Assembly: GCA_039190745.1 (NCBI GenBank)
Contig: JBCCXZ010000009.1
Location: 15,874-79,873, forward strand
DNA from: Planctomycetota bacterium
GTDB lineage: Bacteria > Planctomycetota > Planctomycetia > Pirellulales > Lacipirellulaceae
DNA length: 64,000 bases
Direction of reading: 5' to 3'
Each line of letters begins with the position of its first letter. The first letter of the stretch is position 1. A model generated the notes under the pieces. The model ran no database searches and had not been told where the DNA came from. It worked only from the letters and a program-made list of their open reading frames with translations. A program made the position numbers and the translations under genes. This document shows, one piece after another, positions 58,546 through 64,000 of this stretch.

Positions 58546-58586
58546 CATCCCGTCGATCCCTCCTTCATCCTGTTATCCTGTCCATT
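58546..58586 (+). repeat. Orphan family-3 arm before the uraH start
   Basis: catcccgtcgatcc is identical to 32433-32446; atcctgttatcctgtccatt is the exact reverse complement of 30362-30381. Confidence 0.85.
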
Positions 58587-58607
58587 CTTATCTTCTGAAT
58601 CAAAACC

Positions 58608-58946
58608 ATGAGCCCCATCACCACCCACGTCCTCGACACCTCCCTCGGCGCCCCCGCCGAAGGCGTCCCCGTCGTGCTGCTGCGCGTTGAAGACGGCGCC
58701 GCCACAGAACTCGCCCGCGGCGAGACCAACACCGACGGCCGCGTGACCGACCTGCTCCCCCCCGGCGAAGCCGCCCCCGGCGTGTACCGGCTCGTGTTCG
58801 ACACCGCCGCCTACTTTGCCGCCGGCGGACGCGAGGCCTTCTACCCCGCCGTCGAGGTGCTCTTCACGGTCGAAAAAAACGGCGGCCACTACCACGTCCC
58901 GCTGCTGCTGTCGCCCTACGGCTACAGCACCTACCGCGGCAGCTAG
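58608..58946 (+). CDS. uraH: 5-hydroxyisourate hydrolase
   Basis: ITTHVLD, DGR, HYHVPLLLSP, C-terminal YRGS. Confidence 0.95.
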   Translation: MSPITTHVLDTSLGAPAEGVPVVLLRVEDGAATELARGETNTDGRVTDLLPPGEAAPGVYRLVFDTAAYFAAGGREAFYPAVEVLFTVEKNGGHYHVPLLLSPYGYSTYRGS

Positions 58947-58954
58947 CCAGGAAC

Positions 58955-61900
58955 TCAGACTAGCCCGCCGAGCCCGTCCCAGCCGCCGAACAAGCGGTCC
59001 ACCGTTTCGGTCGGCTCCTGCTCGTCGTCCCCGACCTCGGAGTCTTCTGCAACCAGAGTCGCCCTTGGCGCCAGCGTCGAGAAGACCGCGTCCACCGGCT
59101 GCTCCACCGCAACGGCGGCCTCTACGAGATCCGCTGCAACGGTTTCCTCGGCGCCTGCCAACAGCACGTTCTCCAACCCGTCGGAAACGAGCGTCGATAC
59201 GGCGACTACGGGAGCCACTGCCCCCTGACCGAAAGACACTGCCCACGCCGCCTGGTCGCTGGCGTCGACGTCGCCGTCGTCGTCGCTGTTGCCGTCGGCA
59301 AGCACGGCTCCGCTCGTGGCGCCGAAGCCGCGTTGCTGCCGCAGCAGGTCGAACAGGTCCACGTCGCCGTCCGAATCGAAATCGGCGCTCGGCGCGACCT
59401 GAGCCTCGTAAGCCCCGATGTCGATGCCGTTGCTCCCCGCGGCGTTCGGCACACCGGCCAGATCGACTGGCGCGGTCAGGCCCCGCTGGTCGACGTCCCG
59501 GGTCGCGACCAGCTGGAGGTCGTCGACGATCAACCCGGAGGAGCTCGGGACACCCAGAGTGTTTTGCACCACGAAGTCAAGCGTGTTCACCCCGGCCACA
59601 AACCCGGTGCTGACCGTAAACGGGCTGAAGGCCGTGAAGTCTAGGTTCGTCTGCCCCGTGCTAACGCCGTTGATCTGGATATCGGACCCGGTGTTGTCCG
59701 ACGCCCAGCGGCCCGTTATCTCAAACCCCAAGTTCGCGAAGTCGAGGCCGGAGAGATCGAACGTGGTGCGGTAGACGTACTCGCCCGCAGGCCCCACGGC
59801 ATCGACGGCCGAGGGCCCAATCCAGCGTGAGTCCGGTTCATTCGGCAGCCACGGCGGGATGGGGAAACCGTCAGCGGGCACGGTCGCGTCGGTCAGGCTG
59901 CCGCCCGCCGGCTGCGATTGGATCGTGTAGTGAGGATCGTCGACCGAATCCCCCAGCAAGCTGCCTTGGGTGTCGACGCCCGTGTTGAACAGCAGCCCGT
60001 TGATCACGGTGGGTACGGCTGCGCCCGCGTCGAGGGCCGGGCTGCCGGGCAGCAGCGCGTGCGTGAGGGTCGGCCCGCCGTTGTCTGCCAGCGGCCCCAG
60101 CTTGGGGTCTTGCCCGGTGATGTTCCCCCCCAGGTCGTTGAAGGACCACCCCGCCGTGTCCTGGATGAGGCTGTGGAAGGCGACCCCCCGGCCGTAAATG
60201 TCGCTGCCGTTATCAGCGGCCGAGTTGCCCGTTACGATGCTGTTCTCCAGCGCGACCGTCCCGAAGATCCCTCCGCCGTACGCCAACGAGCCGGACTCAG
60301 CCAACGATGAGTTGCCCACGATCGTGCTGTTGCGGACAACCAGGGTGCCGGCCAGCGCGCTGATCCCGCCGCCATAGCTTGGGGAGGAAGAATTGGAAGG
60401 GGTCAACGTGTTGCCCGAGATCGTCGAGCCGCTGATCAGCAGCGAACTGCCGGGGGCGAAGCCGTAAAGCAAGATCCCGCCTCCGCCGCCGATGATCCCC
60501 GAATCGGAGGTATTGCCCGAGACCGTGCTGTTGATAATCTCCGCCTTGCCGCTGTAAACCTGGATCCCGCCGCCCCCTCCCTCAGCATTGGTCGCCCGGT
60601 TGCCCGAGACGGTGCTCTCAATCAGCACCAGCGTGCTGGTATCCCCCATCTTGTGGATGCCCCCGCCCCCGGAGCCTTGATCCGAGCGGTTGTCGGCGAT
60701 CGTCGAGCCGGTGATCGTCAGGTTCTCCCGCGTGAAGACCGCCCCGCCCGCGCCGCTGAAGAACCCGTTGCTCGACGATCCACCGCTGGCGAAACCCCGC
60801 CGCATCGTGAGCCCACTGATCGCCACGTCCGAGTTTGACGCCTGCCCGTCGTTGATGTTGAACACCCGAGACGCGTTGTTCGCGTCGATCGTCAGCTGCC
60901 CCTGACCCGGGCCCGTGATCGTCACCGAGTCGGTGATCAAGAGCTCCGTACCGCCAAGGGTGATGGTCTGCGGCGTCGAGAACACCCCCGCGGTGTCGAA
61001 CGCGATCGTGTCGTTGCCGGGCTGCGTGTTGGCCAGCAGCACCGCTTCGCGGAGAGACGTTAACCCGTCGAGGTTATTGACGACGTCGAGGGCTGTCGTG
61101 ACCGTCAGGCTCGGCGTCTCTGGTGCGAAACTGGTCTCGACCGAGCCCATGTCGATCCGCCCGCCCTGCACGCGGCCGAACCCGCTCCCGCGTTGGTCGA
61201 GCAACGGCGTGTTGCCCACGCCCGCAACCGCCGCCGGGTCCCCCGCGTTGATGGCCGGGCCAAGGGCGGGCAGGTGCGTGAGGGTCGGGCCGCCGTTGTT
61301 TGCCAGCGGCCCGAGCTTGGGGTCTTGCCCGGTGATGTTCCCCCCCAGGTCGTTGGTGAAGAACCACCCCGCAGCGTCCTGAATGAGGCTGTGGGAGGCG
61401 ATGACGCCGCCACTAATATCGTTGCTGCCGCTAGCGGCAGTGTTGCCCGCTACGATGCTGTTCTCAAGCGCGGCCGGCCCGAAGATCCCCCCGCCGAACG
61501 CCTGGGAGCCGAACTCATTCAACGCCGAGTTGCCCACGATCGTGCTGTTGCGGACGACAACCGTGTTGATGGAGTAGATTCCGCCGCCATCGCCGGTGGA
61601 GAACGCACTGGAAGCGATCGACGTGTTGCCCGAGATCGTCGAGCCGCTGATCAGCAGCGAGCCGTTTAGGCCGTAATGCGTGATCCCGCCGCCGCCGCCG
61701 ATGGTCCCCGTCTCGGCGGTGTTCCCCAAGACCGTGCTGTCGATGATCTCCACCGGGCCATCGTAGGCGTAGAGTGCGCCCCCGCCCACTCTGGCATTGG
61801 TCGCCCGGTTGCCCGAGACGGTGCTCTCGATCAGAGTCAGCTTGGCAGTCAGCCCCACCTTGAAGATGCCCCCGCCGCCGGCTCCGTCCGCACGGCTGTC

Positions 61901-62392
61901 GGCGATCATCGAACCGGTGATCGTCAGGTTCTCCTGCGTGTAGATCGCCCCGCCCACCCCCGTAAATGCCCCGCCGCCGTAGAAACCCCGCCGCATCGTC
62001 AGCCCGCTGATCGCCACGTCCGAGTCCGACGCCTGCCCGTCGTCGATCTTGAACACCCGAGACGCGTTGTTCGCGTCGATCGTCAGCTGCCCCTGGCCCG
62101 GGCCCGTGATCGTCACCGACTCCGTGATCGGCAGCTGCGTGCCGCCAAGCGTGATCGTGCCGATCGTGGAGAAGTCGATCGTGTCTGCGCCGGCGGTATT
62201 GTTCGCCGCCGTGACCGCCTCGCGGAGCGAGATGCCGTCGCCGCCGTTGCTGGCGATCAGGTTGGCGATCGACGATGTATCGCCGTTTACCACATCCAGC
62301 GTGTTCCCCACCGTGACCGCCGCCAGCACCCGGCGGTCTTCCAGGCGTTCCAGGCGCAGAACCCTCTCCTCAAGACGGCGTCGCACGACCAT
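58955..62392 (-). CDS. Planctomycete extracellular protein with duplicated CSLREA/choice-of-anchor Q beta-helix modules and dockerin-like repeats
   Basis: LRLERLEDRRVLA N-terminus, SLREA twice, GGGI repeats, DPKLGPLADNGGPTLTH, DQRG..DIGAYE, DFDSDGDVD. Confidence 0.88.
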   Translation of the reverse strand: MVVRRRLEERVLRLERLEDRRVLAAVTVGNTLDVVNGDTSSIANLIASNGGDGISLREAVTAANNTAGADTIDFSTIGTITLGGTQLPITESVTITGPGQGQLTIDANNASRVFKIDDGQASDSDVAISGLTMRRGFYGGGAFTGVGGAIYTQENLTITGSMIADSRADGAGGGGIFKVGLTAKLTLIESTVSGNRATNARVGGGALYAYDGPVEIIDSTVLGNTAETGTIGGGGGITHYGLNGSLLISGSTISGNTSIASSAFSTGDGGGIYSINTVVVRNSTIVGNSALNEFGSQAFGGGIFGPAALENSIVAGNTAASGSNDISGGVIASHSLIQDAAGWFFTNDLGGNITGQDPKLGPLANNGGPTLTHLPALGPAINAGDPAAVAGVGNTPLLDQRGSGFGRVQGGRIDMGSVETSFAPETPSLTVTTALDVVNNLDGLTSLREAVLLANTQPGNDTIAFDTAGVFSTPQTITLGGTELLITDSVTITGPGQGQLTIDANNASRVFNINDGQASNSDVAISGLTMRRGFASGGSSSNGFFSGAGGAVFTRENLTITGSTIADNRSDQGSGGGGIHKMGDTSTLVLIESTVSGNRATNAEGGGGGIQVYSGKAEIINSTVSGNTSDSGIIGGGGGILLYGFAPGSSLLISGSTISGNTLTPSNSSSPSYGGGISALAGTLVVRNSTIVGNSSLAESGSLAYGGGIFGTVALENSIVTGNSAADNGSDIYGRGVAFHSLIQDTAGWSFNDLGGNITGQDPKLGPLADNGGPTLTHALLPGSPALDAGAAVPTVINGLLFNTGVDTQGSLLGDSVDDPHYTIQSQPAGGSLTDATVPADGFPIPPWLPNEPDSRWIGPSAVDAVGPAGEYVYRTTFDLSGLDFANLGFEITGRWASDNTGSDIQINGVSTGQTNLDFTAFSPFTVSTGFVAGVNTLDFVVQNTLGVPSSSGLIVDDLQLVATRDVDQRGLTAPVDLAGVPNAAGSNGIDIGAYEAQVAPSADFDSDGDVDLFDLLRQQRGFGATSGAVLADGNSDDDGDVDASDQAAWAVSFGQGAVAPVVAVSTLVSDGLENVLLAGAEETVAADLVEAAVAVEQPVDAVFSTLAPRATLVAEDSEVGDDEQEPTETVDRLFGGWDGLGGLV

Positions 62393-63016
62393 GCTCAAAA
62401 ACCTCTATAGATCGGGGAAATCAGGCACGAACTCGGGGAAGCATCCAACGGCCTCGGCGACTCCGTACCCTGGTGGGGCGTGTGCCGAGCTGAGCCGGAA
62501 GCGGGTCAGCGCCAGTGGGATTGCCAGTGGCACGGCCCGTACCGCTCGGGCGCGATTTTAGTCGGGAGGGCCGCTCCGGAGTTGCACATGCGTCTCACAA
62601 GATCAAACTCGACGAAGATTGTTCGCCAGCAAATGCTGCGGCAATCCGCATGCAAGGACCCTGGAATTGCCGTTGGAGCAGAGTCCCCCCCAGCGGGGCC
62701 GGCAGAAGCGGTGAATCACCCGCGAAGCTGGGTCGAGCACCCCGCCGGTACTAGCGGCAGCGCCAACGGCGTTAGGCAAACGCCGTCTCACGCTCAACAG
62801 GCCGTTTTCTTGCTGAAAGTGGCCACCTGTTCGGGTATACAGGTAGTGCGACTTCCCAGAGCCCCGAGCGTCAGCGAGGGGAACTACCCCAGAAGAGTCA
62901 CAGAAAACTCAACCCGCTTTGGCCGAAACGGCCCTTGAACCTTTGCAATCCAACAATGACTTCACCCTACAAACACCGACCTCTCACCCCTAACTTCTCA
63001 CCACTGCCAACAGACT

Positions 63017-64000
63017 TTAGGCATATCGCCGCGTGTACCCGATTCCGCGCCTAAAGACAAAACCCAGCAGCCCAGCGAGCGATGACCCCAACGCCGCCGG
63101 CTCCGGCACGACGCCGACTTGCGAGCCGCCACTCTGCGGGTCCACCGTCCCGAAGTTCGACTCCCAGTCCACGCCGTCCGCCACTGTGCCCGTCCGCTGA
63201 ATCTCCAGGATGTCCGACACGTCCACGTCGCCGTCGAAGTCCAGGTCGCCACTCGTGAACGGGTCGGGCGACAGCACGTTGTAGAACGCTACGCCGAAGT
63301 TCTTCCCCAGCTCCAAGTAGTAGTCCTGCAACCGCGGCAGCCCCAAGTGAGTCTCGAACGTGATGTCCACGTCCGCCCCCAAGAGGAGGTCGCCGAAGTT
63401 CGCGCTGATCCAGCCCGTGGAAGTCGAGTCGATCTCGCCGACGTTCGGCTGCAGCCGCCGGAATTCGAGCCAGAACGGCGACAGGTTGTCGCCCTGGTCG
63501 ACCTCGATAAACCCAAAGTCGTCGCCCGGCGGCGTCGGCCACGTCGAGTGAAAGTCGATGAACGCCAACACCGGGTCGTCGTCCTCCAGCACGTCGGCCA
63601 GCATCGCCTCGCCGTTCACTTTGATGTCCGCGTGCGGCTGCCACAGGCCCGGGTTCCACAGCCCGTTGGGGTCCTGGTTCGGGTTCTGCACCGTCGCCCG
63701 GCTGTTGCCCGCGAATACCCCGTCGGGGTTCATCGTGGGATAAGAGTAGAACTCCGTCAGCCCACGCAGCTCCGCCGCCCGCGGGTCGTCGGAGACCAAC
63801 CAATCCACCAACCCCTGATAAGCCCAACGCCCCGCCGTCTCGGCCGCGTGCATGCCCGTGGTGATCACGATCTTGGTCTTCCCGTCGCTGCTCACCGCGG
63901 GGTCGGTAATCCGGTAGCCGTAGATGTCTTTAGGAGTCACCACCCGGCCCAGGTCATCCACCCCGCCGGGGGATTGCCCGACCACGCCGTTGGCGTTGCC
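63017..64000 (-). CDS. M14 zinc carboxypeptidase-domain protein with PEP-CTERM (5' end outside window)
   Basis: HAAE, NPDG, DFHS, DLDFDGDVD, VPEPA; frame is open to the window end. Confidence 0.82.
   Translation of the reverse strand, partial: GNANGVVGQSPGGVDDLGRVVTPKDIYGYRITDPAVSSDGKTKIVITTGMHAAETAGRWAYQGLVDWLVSDDPRAAELRGLTEFYSYPTMNPDGVFAGNSRATVQNPNQDPNGLWNPGLWQPHADIKVNGEAMLADVLEDDDPVLAFIDFHSTWPTPPGDDFGFIEVDQGDNLSPFWLEFRRLQPNVGEIDSTSTGWISANFGDLLLGADVDITFETHLGLPRLQDYYLELGKNFGVAFYNVLSPDPFTSGDLDFDGDVDVSDILEIQRTGTVADGVDWESNFGTVDPQSGGSQVGVVPEPAALGSSLAGLLGFVFRRGIGYTRRYA

Noticed and set aside
62860..62881. agccccgagcgtcagcgagggg, reminiscent of a Planctomycete REP-like repeat
   Set aside because: Single copy without an inverted partner in this window
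1..64000. tRNA, rRNA or riboswitch genes
   Set aside because: None recognisable by eye; a covariance-model search would be needed to exclude riboswitches

Overview
High-GC window from a Planctomycete (Pirellulales-like: DUF1559 prepilin protein, PEP-CTERM proteins, many sulfatases, 'LERLEDRRVLA' export motif). 1-16 kb holds an ECF sigma/FecR/DUF1559/lipoprotein/PEP-CTERM cassette with three sulfatases. 16-27 kb holds glutathione peroxidase, a TAT amidohydrolase between ~140-bp direct repeats with an IS5 remnant, an ABC exporter and two phosphatases. 27.7-37.8 kb and 47.3-58.9 kb form a large pyrimidine and purine catabolic supercluster (plant-like PYD1, AGXT2-like aminotransferase, NCS2 permease, beta-ureidopropionase, mmsA, guaD, xdhABC, uricase, uraH, uraD, allB, allC, allE, UAH-like hydrolase). 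It is interrupted by LPS glycosyltransferases and a protoglobin-sigma54 activator/BON/CBS/USP module. Large extracellular proteins end the window. The most unusual signal is non-coding: at least seven gene junctions carry arms made of 2-4 tandem 8-10-nt units from four sequence families. The purine-rich arm follows a stop codon and the complementary arm precedes the next start. Paired arms enclose lower-GC cargo (a GxxExxY nuclease-like gene, a CX5R phosphatase gene, or short spacers), which suggests an undescribed gene-junction cassette system. All annotation is by motif recognition; no database searches were run.
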